A DNA stretch of 64,000 bases from Candidatus Nomurabacteria bacterium (GTDB lineage: Bacteria > Patescibacteriota > Minisyncoccia > Phycocordibacterales > CAIZLB01): the NCBI GenBank assembly GCA_943356525.1, contig CALRFG010000001.1:75919-139918 (forward strand). The letters are read 5' to 3'. Each line of letters opens with the position of its first letter. The stretch's first letter is position 1. The position numbers and the translations under genes are program-made. A model generated the notes under the pieces. That model was not told where the DNA came from, did not search any database, and saw only the letters and a program-made list of their open reading frames with translations. Below are positions 18,268 to 28,137 of the stretch, one piece after another.

Positions 18268-21200
18268 ATGTTTATAATCACAATTGTAGTATTTGGTATT
18301 TTAATTTATTTATTTAAATTAAATTCTCGAATCAATAACTTAGAAAGAAATTTTAAAAATTTAAATTTAACCAACTCTTTAGCTGTATCAAATCCTATTA
18401 CTCCGATACCTATACAGACATATCAATCTGAGATAAAATCAGAGCCTACAGTTCAAACGCCTGTCTTACCTCATCAAGATAATTTTGCAAAAAACTTAGC
18501 TAAGTTTGCTATATCTGTACTCATACTAGGTGTTCTATTTTTCTTAAATTATATAGACAGTCAAGGTTGGATAGGTCCAGTTTTTAAATACGTAGCAGGA
18601 CTATCATTTGGAGTTATTCTTTTGGGAATTGCTGAATATATAAAAAATAAGAATAAAACATATACAAATCTACTACGTGGCGGAGCTTTTGTAATTTTCT
18701 ACTTAACATTATTTGTGGGTTATATGGTGTTCAAAATAGCGTCATTACCTATAACTTTAGGATTAATTGTTGGTGTATTAGCTTTATCAATCGTTATCTC
18801 CCTTAGAGAAAATGATTCAATACCTTTTACACTAGGGTCTTTAGGTGCATATCTTGTACCACTTCTAATACAGTTAAATATTTATAAACTAGATAAAGAA
18901 AGTCTTATAGGATTAATGCTTTACTTGGTTATTTTGAATTTTGCGGTTATATTTATTTCTTTTAAAAAACAATGGATAAAAAGCTCTGTGATAGGGTTTA
19001 TATTCACCTGGTGTATTTTCAGTACTATATTATATACAGATTTGAGTAAGAGTATATTATTTATTTTCTCTACAGTATACGGATTACAATATTTAATAAC
19101 TTTCCTTACTCATGATTTCCAAAAAATTAAGTCGAGTATATCCAACGTTGCTGAAGGAGTTGTATTTCTGACAGTTACAAATACTTTGATTTACTTGTTA
19201 GTATTTTACAAACTAATCAATAATACAACTTTATTTGATTATGTTGGATTTTTTGTAGCCCTACTCGGAGTATTTCATTTTGTTATATATATGATTATGA
19301 GAAATATAAATAAAACATCGACTAGCGTTGTTACTCTTACTCATTTTGTTATATCTATATTACTTGTAAGTGTTGCTATACCATTACAATTTGATGGACC
19401 ATTGGTTACAATGATGTGGTTTATGGAAGGTATTGTTTTATCTTTCTTGTCTACACTGAAAGACTTTAAAAATAAACCAGTTATGTATGTATTAGGTTTT
19501 ACGGCTATAATTGCAGGTATCATTCATATGATACGTTTTGGTAGTTACGAGACTGTTTTAAAAAATGGAGGTATTTTCTTAAATCAATCATTTATAGTGT
19601 GGTTTGCTGTATTTATTTTAATAAATATAGTTGCATATATCTGGTACAATACAGTTTCTGATTCAGAAGATTTAGTATTTAAAAATGATATAAACAGAAT
19701 AGCCTTTACTTTAGTTATAATAGGTCAAATTATGTTTGCCACATTAACCTCTTTTGAAATTAATAATTTTGGACAATACAGATCAAATATTATAAGTGAA
19801 GAAATAGGTGAACAAAGAAATCTGGATGCCAAACTACAAGGAAACGAAGGAAGATATAACTATGATAATACAAAGTACAATGTTGATTATGAAAGAATTG
19901 ATTCTATCGAAAGACAAACAACATTTATGCAACTATTATTGTTTATATTCTTAACTATAATATATTTTATTATTGGGTTAGTTAAGAAAAATAAAATAGT
20001 TAGAAATATGGGTATAGTAACATTAACTATAACCTCAATCCTCCTTATAACTTTGACTTGGGGATTGGGTCCAGTTTATAGAATAATAACTTTTATTGGT
20101 TTTGGCATAGCCTTACTCATTGTTTCTTATCTGTATATTTCTAAAAATAAGAAAACTGATATAGCTAAAATGCTAATAGTTTTACTTATACCACTTTTGG
20201 CCACTACTTTATTTTCTATAAAAATTGAGGCTAAGGTTGTAGAAATACAAAACTGGACAACACAGGCTGATATTAAAATGCCAGAAATAGAGATTCAAAA
20301 TGATAATCAAAATCTGTTTATTTTACCTATAGATAAAGATGTAGTGACTATGTCAAAAAAAAACGATTTATCTGACATAAGAATAATAGACAAAAATAAA
20401 AATGAAATACCGTATATTTTGGTTAAATCAAATCAAAATAATCAAAGTATAAGCGATGAAAGGAAGAATGTTAAAATTTTGGAAAATAGTATAAGCCGAG
20501 ATAATAAAAGAGTGTTAGTTTTAGACACAAATAGAGAGGGGGTTTTGTATAATAACCTTTATTTATCTCGTGATATTAAATCAGTCAATTTTAGAAAAAA
20601 AGTTAAAGTTTATATATCAGATAGCTTTTTAACTTCTAATAGTTCAGCGTGGAGAGAATTTGAACAGAAAAATATAGTTTATAATTATACAGATGGTATC
20701 AATTTTACAGTTGAAAATCTAGATATAAATCTTTCTGGTATTTCTTCACGATATATTAAGTTAGAATTAATAGACGATCTTGATTTTGATAAAAATATAA
20801 AAGTAAATAATAAGGTTGCAATTGGGTCAGTGCAGGTTCAGTATATAAAAGACGAAAATAAAAATATAGGTTTTAAAGTAAAGGATTACCTATCAGGTAA
20901 TTTCGAATTCGACAATCTATCTATATATAAAGATGTAATACTTTTAAACAAAACTGATTTTGAAAGTAAGTCAGAGCTAACTTTTGAAGGGGATATTGAT
21001 ACTGAAGAGCTTATACTTCAGGTAGATAATTCAGAGAAAAATTTTAATAGAAATATAGTTCTACAAGGGTCAAATGATGATGTTGATTGGCCTATCATAA
21101 CTAACACCAGTATATATAGAATTGATTCACCTACATATAAAGGAGAAAAATTAAATATAAAACTACCACCTTCAACTTTTAAAAAATTTAGAGTTATTAT

Positions 21201-21594
21201 TCAAAATAATAATAACAAACCACTATTAGTTGAAAAAACAGCAAAGGTTAAGATTCAAAATACCGGAGTTATTTTTAAAACTGATAAGGATGTAAATATT
21301 TCAGATTTTAAAATTATAGTTGGTAATAATATAGATCTATCACCAATATATGATATAAAAAGTATAATAAATTATTTTGAAGAAACAACTCCTCAGATAA
21401 TAGGATATCAAGATCTAATAAATAATCCTCAATATGTGCCTACTAAGAATATCATTCCTTTTGGTGAAAGAAATAAGGTTTTCCTAAACATTGGTCTATT
21501 GTTATTTATACTGATAATTGGTATATTTGGGTTCTTTTGGATGAAGAAAGATAAAAATGAGGAAATCGAAGCAGAAATAAATGAAATCAAATAA
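18268..21594 (+). CDS. DUF2339-like polytopic membrane protein fused to a DUF3999-like exported domain
   Basis: Many TM segments in the first ~625 aa; then DLSDIRIIDKNKNEIPY, a beta-rich region and a C-terminal TM. Confidence 0.65.
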   Translation: MFIITIVVFGILIYLFKLNSRINNLERNFKNLNLTNSLAVSNPITPIPIQTYQSEIKSEPTVQTPVLPHQDNFAKNLAKFAISVLILGVLFFLNYIDSQGWIGPVFKYVAGLSFGVILLGIAEYIKNKNKTYTNLLRGGAFVIFYLTLFVGYMVFKIASLPITLGLIVGVLALSIVISLRENDSIPFTLGSLGAYLVPLLIQLNIYKLDKESLIGLMLYLVILNFAVIFISFKKQWIKSSVIGFIFTWCIFSTILYTDLSKSILFIFSTVYGLQYLITFLTHDFQKIKSSISNVAEGVVFLTVTNTLIYLLVFYKLINNTTLFDYVGFFVALLGVFHFVIYMIMRNINKTSTSVVTLTHFVISILLVSVAIPLQFDGPLVTMMWFMEGIVLSFLSTLKDFKNKPVMYVLGFTAIIAGIIHMIRFGSYETVLKNGGIFLNQSFIVWFAVFILINIVAYIWYNTVSDSEDLVFKNDINRIAFTLVIIGQIMFATLTSFEINNFGQYRSNIISEEIGEQRNLDAKLQGNEGRYNYDNTKYNVDYERIDSIERQTTFMQLLLFIFLTIIYFIIGLVKKNKIVRNMGIVTLTITSILLITLTWGLGPVYRIITFIGFGIALLIVSYLYISKNKKTDIAKMLIVLLIPLLATTLFSIKIEAKVVEIQNWTTQADIKMPEIEIQNDNQNLFILPIDKDVVTMSKKNDLSDIRIIDKNKNEIPYILVKSNQNNQSISDERKNVKILENSISRDNKRVLVLDTNREGVLYNNLYLSRDIKSVNFRKKVKVYISDSFLTSNSSAWREFEQKNIVYNYTDGINFTVENLDINLSGISSRYIKLELIDDLDFDKNIKVNNKVAIGSVQVQYIKDENKNIGFKVKDYLSGNFEFDNLSIYKDVILLNKTDFESKSELTFEGDIDTEELILQVDNSEKNFNRNIVLQGSNDDVDWPIITNTSIYRIDSPTYKGEKLNIKLPPSTFKKFRVIIQNNNNKPLLVEKTAKVKIQNTGVIFKTDKDVNISDFKIIVGNNIDLSPIYDIKSIINYFEETTPQIIGYQDLINNPQYVPTKNIIPFGERNKVFLNIGLLLFILIIGIFGFFWMKKDKNEEIEAEINEIK

Positions 21595-22834
21595 TACAGA
21601 ATACGACATAATAATAATTGGGGGCGGTGCATCTGGGATGATGGCGGCTTCTTCTGTTACTAAAAACAAAAAAGTTTTACTTATAGAAAAAAATAATATA
21701 TTAGGTAAAAAACTATTGATAACAGGTGGAGGAAGATGTAATCTTACAAATGCTGAGCTAGATCTGCGAAAGCTTTTAAAAAATTATAAAAAAGCAGAAC
21801 AATTTCTTTATTCCGCATTTACTCAATACGGAGTGAAAGATTCACTTGAGTTTTTTAACACTAGGAATATGCCTTCAAAGGTTGAGGATTATAGCCGCGT
21901 ATTTCCTGTATCTGATTCGGCACGTAGTGTCTACAACGTTTTAGTGAAAGAGATTAAAAATAAAAAAATAGAAGTTTTATCTAATGCAAATGTTAAAAAT
22001 ATACTACATAATAAGAAACAAGTTACAGGTATTGAGGTTGAGGTAAATAAAAAGAATGTAGTCTACACTGCTAAAAAATATATACTTGCAACAGGTGGAA
22101 CATCTCATCCTGAAACAGGTTCAACAGGTGATGCCTATGCATGGCTTGAGTCTTTGGGACATACAGTTCATACACCTAAACCATCTTTAGTACCACTTCG
22201 CTCAAATGATATTTGGATTAAAAAACTTCAAGGTATAGCGCTACAGGATATAAAATTAAATCTATTTGTAGATGATAAAAAAATTGAATCTAAAAAAGGT
22301 AAAATATTATTTACACACTATGGAGTTTCAGGGCCGACTATTTTAAATATGAGTAAAAATATAAGTGACTATTTAGATAAAAAACATAAAGTTTTTCTTA
22401 GTTTGGATTTACTACCTCAATTTGACCATGGAGCTATTAATAAAATATTGACTGAGGTATTTCAAAAGAATGCAAAAAAGAAAGTTATCAATATTTTAGG
22501 AGATTTGATTAACAAAAATCTAGTTTCAGTTATTTTACATAATTCTAAAATAGATGAAAATTTAACCGGAACAAATATAACAAAAGAAGCAAGAATAATT
22601 TTGATAGATAATATAAAAAACTTAAAAGTTAATATTAACGGGCTATTGGATGAAAGTGAAGCGGTGATAGCGGATGGTGGAGTTGATTTAAAAGAAATTG
22701 ATTTTAAAACTATGCAGTCTAAGGTTATAGACAATCTCTACATTATCGGTGATCTTTTAAACATAGATAGGCCTTCAGGAGGTTATAGTTTACAACTTTG
22801 CTGGACTACTGGATATTTAGCAGGCAGGGGATAA
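21581..22834 (+). CDS. HI0933/YhiN family flavoprotein
   Basis: GGGASGMMAA, GKKLLITGGGRCNLTN, ATGG.SHP.TGSTGD, GGYSLQ. Confidence 0.93.
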   Translation: MKSNNTEYDIIIIGGGASGMMAASSVTKNKKVLLIEKNNILGKKLLITGGGRCNLTNAELDLRKLLKNYKKAEQFLYSAFTQYGVKDSLEFFNTRNMPSKVEDYSRVFPVSDSARSVYNVLVKEIKNKKIEVLSNANVKNILHNKKQVTGIEVEVNKKNVVYTAKKYILATGGTSHPETGSTGDAYAWLESLGHTVHTPKPSLVPLRSNDIWIKKLQGIALQDIKLNLFVDDKKIESKKGKILFTHYGVSGPTILNMSKNISDYLDKKHKVFLSLDLLPQFDHGAINKILTEVFQKNAKKKVINILGDLINKNLVSVILHNSKIDENLTGTNITKEARIILIDNIKNLKVNINGLLDESEAVIADGGVDLKEIDFKTMQSKVIDNLYIIGDLLNIDRPSGGYSLQLCWTTGYLAGRG

Positions 22835-22861
22835 ATAATATGATAAAATACAAGTAATATA

Positions 22862-23698
22862 ATGCTAAAAAAAATATTTATATTTATACTAAAAATTATA
22901 ATAATTTTAATTATTTTAATTATAATATTTTTTGTCTCTATAAATATTTTTACAATACCTTCAAATAATAGAAATTGGAATAATGATCAAAAAGTTTTAC
23001 CAACTACTATTGTACAAGAAAATTTAGTAGATATAAAAAATATCCGAAATTTTAAATATGCATCAACAACGTCTTACACTATAAATTATTATGATAAACA
23101 ATATGATCTCAATAAGATAAAAAGAGTTTGGTATATAGTTGAACCATTTTCCGGAATACCTGGATCTGCTCATACGTTTTTAAGCTTTGAATTTGAAGGA
23201 AATGTTTTTGTTTCTGTCTCTGTGGAAATACGAAAAGAAAAAGGAGAATCATTTCATCCTATAAAAGGTTTATTAAATCAATACGAGATAATGTATGTTT
23301 GGGCTGATGAAAAAGATGTTATAGACCTACGTATCAATCATAGAAAAGATCAAGTCTTCTTATATCCAATGAAAGCTGGTCCTGAAAAAACCAAAGAACT
23401 ATTTTTGAGTATTATCGATAGAACAAATAAGATATATACACAACCAGAATTTTATAACACTTTGTTCAACACCTGTACGACAAATATTGTGGATCATGTA
23501 AACCTAATAAGCCCAAAAACTATACCAACTATTGATACAAGTATTTTATTTCCAGAAAATTCTGACTTTTTAGCTTATGACCTTGGACTGATTTACACTG
23601 ACTTACCACAAGATAAGATACGTGAAAAGTTTAATATAAACGAGAAAGGTGAGGCTTATAAAGGTGATGAGAATTTTTCAGTAAGAATTAGGGAGTAG
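22862..23698 (+). CDS. DUF4105 (Lnb N-terminal-like) protein
   Basis: AHTFLSFEF, SVEIRKEKGE, FYNTLFNTCTTN. Confidence 0.85.
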   Translation: MLKKIFIFILKIIIILIILIIIFFVSINIFTIPSNNRNWNNDQKVLPTTIVQENLVDIKNIRNFKYASTTSYTINYYDKQYDLNKIKRVWYIVEPFSGIPGSAHTFLSFEFEGNVFVSVSVEIRKEKGESFHPIKGLLNQYEIMYVWADEKDVIDLRINHRKDQVFLYPMKAGPEKTKELFLSIIDRTNKIYTQPEFYNTLFNTCTTNIVDHVNLISPKTIPTIDTSILFPENSDFLAYDLGLIYTDLPQDKIREKFNINEKGEAYKGDENFSVRIRE

Positions 23699-23699
23699 A

Positions 23700-24116
23700 T
23701 TATAAAGCCATAAGTATAGCTCCTATAACTATAGATATAGCACCAATACTTTTTAACACTGTTAATGATTCACTTAAAAATAATACTGATAATATAAATA
23801 CAAAAACTATACTAGTCCTATCAATAGCTGCTACGGCAGTAACTGGGCCGAGTTTGATGGCTAAAAAATAAAATAACCAAGATATTGAACCTGATACACC
23901 GGAGAGTATTATAAATAATAAAGCTCTATTGTCTATTGTATTTAGAAAATTAAATTTACCCAAAGAGAATGCTGTGATTATCAAAAATAAAGCCATGACT
24001 ACCGAACGTATAGCTGTAGCTAAAGTTGAGTCTATATTTTTTAAACCTAATTTTCCAAATATTGCTACGAGAGCAGCAAAGATTGCGGAGAGTAATGCAT
24101 ATATGGTCCAGTTCAT
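23700..24116 (-). CDS. EamA/DMT transporter (single repeat)
   Basis: ALLSAIFAALVAIFGKLGLKNIDS, SWLFYFLA. Confidence 0.9.
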   Translation of the reverse strand: MNWTIYALLSAIFAALVAIFGKLGLKNIDSTLATAIRSVVMALFLIITAFSLGKFNFLNTIDNRALLFIILSGVSGSISWLFYFLAIKLGPVTAVAAIDRTSIVFVFILSVLFLSESLTVLKSIGAISIVIGAILMAL

Positions 24117-24136
24117 AAGATTATTGTAGCATTATT

Positions 24137-24255
24137 AATTTGAAGCTTACAGCTTTAGTACACCTTTTCTCGTTTTTCGCACCACGACACTCAATACATA
24201 GAAAAGCTTTTCGAATCTCATATGAAAGCCGAACTGTCGGCTTCCTCTCCCCACA
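24137..24255 (-). repeat. tRNA-tailored element B (Ser-TGA)
   Basis: Anti-acceptor, hairpin, anti-T-arm TGAGATTCGAA (24210-24220), stem-loop, TGTACT-AAAGCT-GTA-AGCTTC. Confidence 0.8.
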
Positions 24256-24358
24256 AATACAAAAACACCCTTTCAGGTGTTAATGCGGCGTCGTTACATA
24301 GTCGCTAAAGCTCCTTGTACGACATGCGCAGAATATAGTCTCTGCGTTCCTTATTCTG

Positions 24359-24445
24359 CGGAGGAGGTGAGATTCGAACTCACGGGACCCGTTAGAGCCC
24401 TCTTGTTTTCAAGACAAGCGCATTCGACCTCTCTGCCACTCCTCC
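24359..24445 (-). tRNA. tRNA-Ser(TGA)
   Basis: ggaggag..cttgt-ctTGAaa-acaag, long variable arm, gttcgaatc. Confidence 0.95.
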
Positions 24446-24492
24446 ATAAAGTGTGTACGTCGATATACCTTTATGATATTATCAGATTATCT

Positions 24493-24942
24493 ATGAAATA
24501 TCTAGGGGTAGACTACGGTCAAAAAAAAATAGGTATAGCTATAAGCGATGATAGGGCATCGATGGCTTTTCCACGCGACATCATTATAAACGATGATAAA
24601 CACATAGGGTATATAAATCACCTATGTGATCAAGAGGGTATAAAGGATATTGTTATTGGAAAATCAGTTGACTATCAAGGAAAAGACAATAGTATTGAAA
24701 AACACATAACAGCTTTTATTAAAATACTTAATAAGGATAAAAATTACACCATACATCGTGTAGATGAACGTATGAGCACCTCTCTTATTAGTTCAGAAAA
24801 CCGCCATCATTTTCAAAAAAAACAAACTTCAAAAACATTTTCTAAAAATGCAAAGTTAGTTCGTGAAAACACAAAAGATGATGATGCTAAAGTTGCGGCT
24901 TTGATTCTTCAAAATTTTCTCGATTCAAAACCTAAAATGTAG
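24493..24942 (+). CDS. ruvX: YqgF/RuvX pre-16S rRNA nuclease
   Basis: YLGVDYGQKKIGIAISD, VDERMST, DDAKVAALILQ. Confidence 0.92.
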   Translation: MKYLGVDYGQKKIGIAISDDRASMAFPRDIIINDDKHIGYINHLCDQEGIKDIVIGKSVDYQGKDNSIEKHITAFIKILNKDKNYTIHRVDERMSTSLISSENRHHFQKKQTSKTFSKNAKLVRENTKDDDAKVAALILQNFLDSKPKM

Positions 24943-24954
24943 TATAATCTACAC

Positions 24955-25278
24955 ATGATTACATTTGATGAATTTAAAAAAGTTGAAATGAAAGTTGGGC
25001 AAATACTGAAAGCTGAGCCTGTAGAAGGGTCTGATAAATTATTACAGTTAGAAGTTGATTTTGGAGAAGATAAAACAAGAACAGTTGTTTCTGGTATTGC
25101 AGGGCACGTAGATATGGAAACTTTTGTTGGTAGTAAAAAAATTTTTGTGACAAACTTAGAACCAAGAGCTATTTTAGGTATTGAAAGTCAGGCTATGATA
25201 TTGGCAGGAAAAGATGGGCAAGGTCTAGCACTTATGGAGACAAATAGAGATTTAGCAATTGGTACTTTATTATCATAA
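24955..25278 (+). CDS. Standalone tRNA-binding domain (Trbp111/MetRS C-terminal)
   Basis: ITFDEFKKVEMKVG, SDKLL, NLEPR..GIESQAMIL. Confidence 0.9.
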   Translation: MITFDEFKKVEMKVGQILKAEPVEGSDKLLQLEVDFGEDKTRTVVSGIAGHVDMETFVGSKKIFVTNLEPRAILGIESQAMILAGKDGQGLALMETNRDLAIGTLLS

Positions 25279-25286
25279 TAATAAAT

Positions 25287-26285
25287 ATGAATAATTTTTT
25301 AGATAAAATAAAAAAACAAATTCCCGTTCCAAAAATTATTTGTTTTGATCATGCAGGTATAGATATTAGTTCAGATCATATCAGACATATAAATTTTAAA
25401 AAACATAATGGAAAGCTTACCGTTGATAAATATGGTAAAGAAAATTTCCCAATAAGTATTAATAAAAAACTGTTATTATCAGAAAATACTAATACCATAG
25501 AGATACTTAATAAAATTCAAAAAGAATTTAAATACAGATATGTAGAGGTTTCATTACCTGAAGAAGTCGCTTATGTATACACACAAGAGGTTGCCGATGG
25601 AGATACTGAAACAATAAGGGGGCAGATAGAGTTTAAGATAGAAGAAAACGTACCTCTGACGGCCGATGAAGCCGTATTTGATTTCGTTAATGTTGTTTTA
25701 TTAAAAAATAATAATAGATTAGTATCTGTGTCCGTAGTGGCAAAAAAAGTAATAGAAGATTACATAGAAGTATTTCAAAAAGCTAATATGAAAGTTGTTT
25801 CATTTCTTACACAGAATCAAGCATTGAGTAAATCTTTGGTTAATAAAAATGATATAAACACTTACTGTATTGTAAATATAGAAAAAAAATATATAGTAGT
25901 ATCTATAGTTGCATCAGGTGTGGTTTTGTATACATCAACTATTAATAAAACTCTATTTGATGAAAATTTAAATACGCAGAGAAAAGAAATACTTGAAGAA
26001 GTAATAAAAGATATATACAGAATAATAATATTCTGGATTTCATACACTGAGGAAAATGAGACATATGGTTTAAATAAAATTAAATCTATAATTATAAGCT
26101 CAACCCATTCAAACATTATAGAATCAGATTTTATTAATATGATGACAGATAAACTAGCACTACAGATTGATAAGCCAAACGTTTGGGTAAATGCCTTTGA
26201 TTTAAATAATGAAATACCACCTATAGTAAAAATAGAATCATATCAGTATGCAACTGCTATTGGTTTAGCTTTATCTAAATTATAA
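25287..26285 (+). CDS. PilM-like protein (divergent paralog)
   Basis: AGIDISSDHIR, EENVPL..EAVFDF, YATAIGLAL. Confidence 0.75.
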   Translation: MNNFLDKIKKQIPVPKIICFDHAGIDISSDHIRHINFKKHNGKLTVDKYGKENFPISINKKLLLSENTNTIEILNKIQKEFKYRYVEVSLPEEVAYVYTQEVADGDTETIRGQIEFKIEENVPLTADEAVFDFVNVVLLKNNNRLVSVSVVAKKVIEDYIEVFQKANMKVVSFLTQNQALSKSLVNKNDINTYCIVNIEKKYIVVSIVASGVVLYTSTINKTLFDENLNTQRKEILEEVIKDIYRIIIFWISYTEENETYGLNKIKSIIISSTHSNIIESDFINMMTDKLALQIDKPNVWVNAFDLNNEIPPIVKIESYQYATAIGLALSKL

Positions 26286-26292
26286 TAATAAT

Positions 26293-26820
26293 ATGCTTTT
26301 TTTAATCACAAAAAAACAAAAAGATAAAATACTAGATGAGTATTATTCATATTTAATTAATATTTTTATTGTAAGCTTGATAATATTATTTATTATTTTA
26401 ATTGTTTCACTTTTTCCAACATATTTGATGATGAAAGTGGATAGAGAGATATTGACTGATAAATTGATACCTTTACAGACTGAAATTGACTTAAATAAGA
26501 CACAAAGTACAGATAAAAACTCTTTAAATATAAGCGATGATATTTCTATACTAAGTTCAAGTTCAACAAATAAAAATATTATTAATATATATAATGAAAT
26601 AAAAGATATATATAATTTACCAAATGTACAGATTTTAAATATAAGTATTGATACTTTAAGTAAAAAAGTTTCAGTAATAGTCAATATAGACAATAAGAAT
26701 ACTGCAAATATTTTAGTAGATAAACTTAACAATAGTCGCTACAAAGGTGCAGAGTTACCTTATTCTGTTTTTAGTCAAAGTAAAAATTTTACTTTTAACC
26801 AAAATTTAAACTATGAATAA
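26293..26820 (+). CDS. PilN-like bitopic protein
   Basis: Single TM plus coiled coil; follows pilM-like gene. Confidence 0.5.
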   Translation: MLFLITKKQKDKILDEYYSYLINIFIVSLIILFIILIVSLFPTYLMMKVDREILTDKLIPLQTEIDLNKTQSTDKNSLNISDDISILSSSSTNKNIINIYNEIKDIYNLPNVQILNISIDTLSKKVSVIVNIDNKNTANILVDKLNNSRYKGAELPYSVFSQSKNFTFNQNLNYE

Positions 26821-27376
26821 TTTAAAAAATAAAAAAAATTTAAGTCTTATATTTTTAGTATTAACTATATTTATTTTAACTATTGTAATTTACATTATAA
26901 ATGATAAAATTAGTAATTATAAAAACGAGGTATTGGCTGATTATTATAAATTGGCAGAATTAGAGAAAGAAAAAAATATTTTTGATACCTATAAAAAAAT
27001 TTTAATAAAGGGTTCAAATGAGTCTATTAGGATTAAGAAATATATTTTATCAAATAATAGGAAAGAGGTTTTACTTCTTATAAATGAGTTTGAGGAATAT
27101 ACTAAAAAATTTGGTTTAACTGAAAACAATATCTCACCTATAGTTTCAGTTGCCACGCGTGAAAATGCACTTATATCAAAATATAACGCAGAAGACCTAG
27201 TTATAAATATAGGGGTTACGGGTAATGAAAAGACAATTGAGGAATTCATAAATATTTTAAATAATCTACCTATGATATCTTATATAGAGAAAATTAATAT
27301 AAGATTTGATAATATTAGTAAAAAAAATATTGCTAATATAACTTTAATAATTTATCAAAAAAATGAAATTAAATAA
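26813..27376 (+). CDS. PilO-like bitopic protein
   Basis: TM, coiled coil, IGVTGNEKTIEEFINILNNLP. Confidence 0.6.
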   Translation: MNNLKNKKNLSLIFLVLTIFILTIVIYIINDKISNYKNEVLADYYKLAELEKEKNIFDTYKKILIKGSNESIRIKKYILSNNRKEVLLLINEFEEYTKKFGLTENNISPIVSVATRENALISKYNAEDLVINIGVTGNEKTIEEFINILNNLPMISYIEKINIRFDNISKKNIANITLIIYQKNEIK

Positions 27377-27740
27377 TAAACATAAAGTAAATAAAGAATT
27401 TGACCCAGCCAACCACTGGTATTTATTATTTACAATTATTTGTATAATATTTACCATAGTTGTATTTTATGCCTTATATAGTTTTTTCTATATAAAAAGT
27501 GAGATAGCTCTAATAGAAATTGAATCAAAAAATAATGTTCAAAACTCTACCTCTTCAGATTATCTAGAGAAATCTCGTAATAACAATAAGTTTTTGAATG
27601 ATATAAATAACCTTAATAAAACACTTGATGAATATGAAAAAAAGGAAATTGAATACAATAGGCTTATAAATAATGAAGTGAAAGGCATTATAAGTACTTC
27701 AACGAGTACGTTTTCCACTAAGGTTGCAACTTCGACCTAG
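27363..27740 (+). CDS. Hypothetical single-TM protein
   Basis: Overlapping operon gene with one TM. Confidence 0.65.
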   Translation: MKLNNKHKVNKEFDPANHWYLLFTIICIIFTIVVFYALYSFFYIKSEIALIEIESKNNVQNSTSSDYLEKSRNNNKFLNDINNLNKTLDEYEKKEIEYNRLINNEVKGIISTSTSTFSTKVATST

Positions 27741-27761
27741 TAATGATATAAATTATCCATT

Positions 27762-27833
27762 GCTCTTGTAGTTCAATGGATAGAACTGCGGACTTCTAAG
27801 CCGTTAATGTTGGTTCGATTCCAACCGAGAGCA
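27762..27833 (+). tRNA. tRNA-Arg(TCT)
   Basis: gctcttg..gcgga-ctTCTaa-gccgt..ggttcgattcc..cgagagc-a. Confidence 0.93.
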
Positions 27834-27840
27834 CATTTAA

Positions 27841-27863
27841 AAAAAGACCCATCGGGTTTTTTT
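27841..27863 (+). terminator. Terminator after tRNA-Arg(TCT)
   Basis: aaaaagaccc-atc-gggttttttt. Confidence 0.7.
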
Positions 27864-28003
27864 TGTGCTCTCTAGAAAGCAAACTGCTTTGCTTTTGGGT
27901 TGGAATCGAAAAGTTTTACCTTATTTTTGAGAATACAAAGTATTCGAAAAAATGGTAAAGGTGTACTGATCCTGTAAGGATCGATACAACAACCGAGAGT
28001 ACA
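27864..28003 (+). repeat. tRNA-tailored element C (Arg-TCT), the most complete copy
   Basis: TGTGCTCTC + hairpin + GGTTGGAATCGAA is the exact antisense of 27814-27835; then stem-loop, TGTACT-GATCCT-GTA-AGGATC and CAACCGAGAGTACA. Confidence 0.88.
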
Positions 28004-28137
28004 AAAATATTCACTCTTACGAAAAAGACTGGAAAATTTCCTCTTGCTTGGAGCCAAGCTCCTGCGCAAAGCCTTTTTCTTCCTCTTTAATATTTTCTTA
28101 TTTAACCTCAGTAAGAAAAATGCTACAATCTACGTAT

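Noticed and set aside
24277-24492. N-terminal extension of RuvX
   Set aside because: It is the antisense of tRNA-Ser and its flank.
27872-28069. 65-aa minus ORF (and 29735-29986) over the tRNA-linked elements
   Set aside because: No shared reading frame between copies; conservation is in base pairing, not codons.
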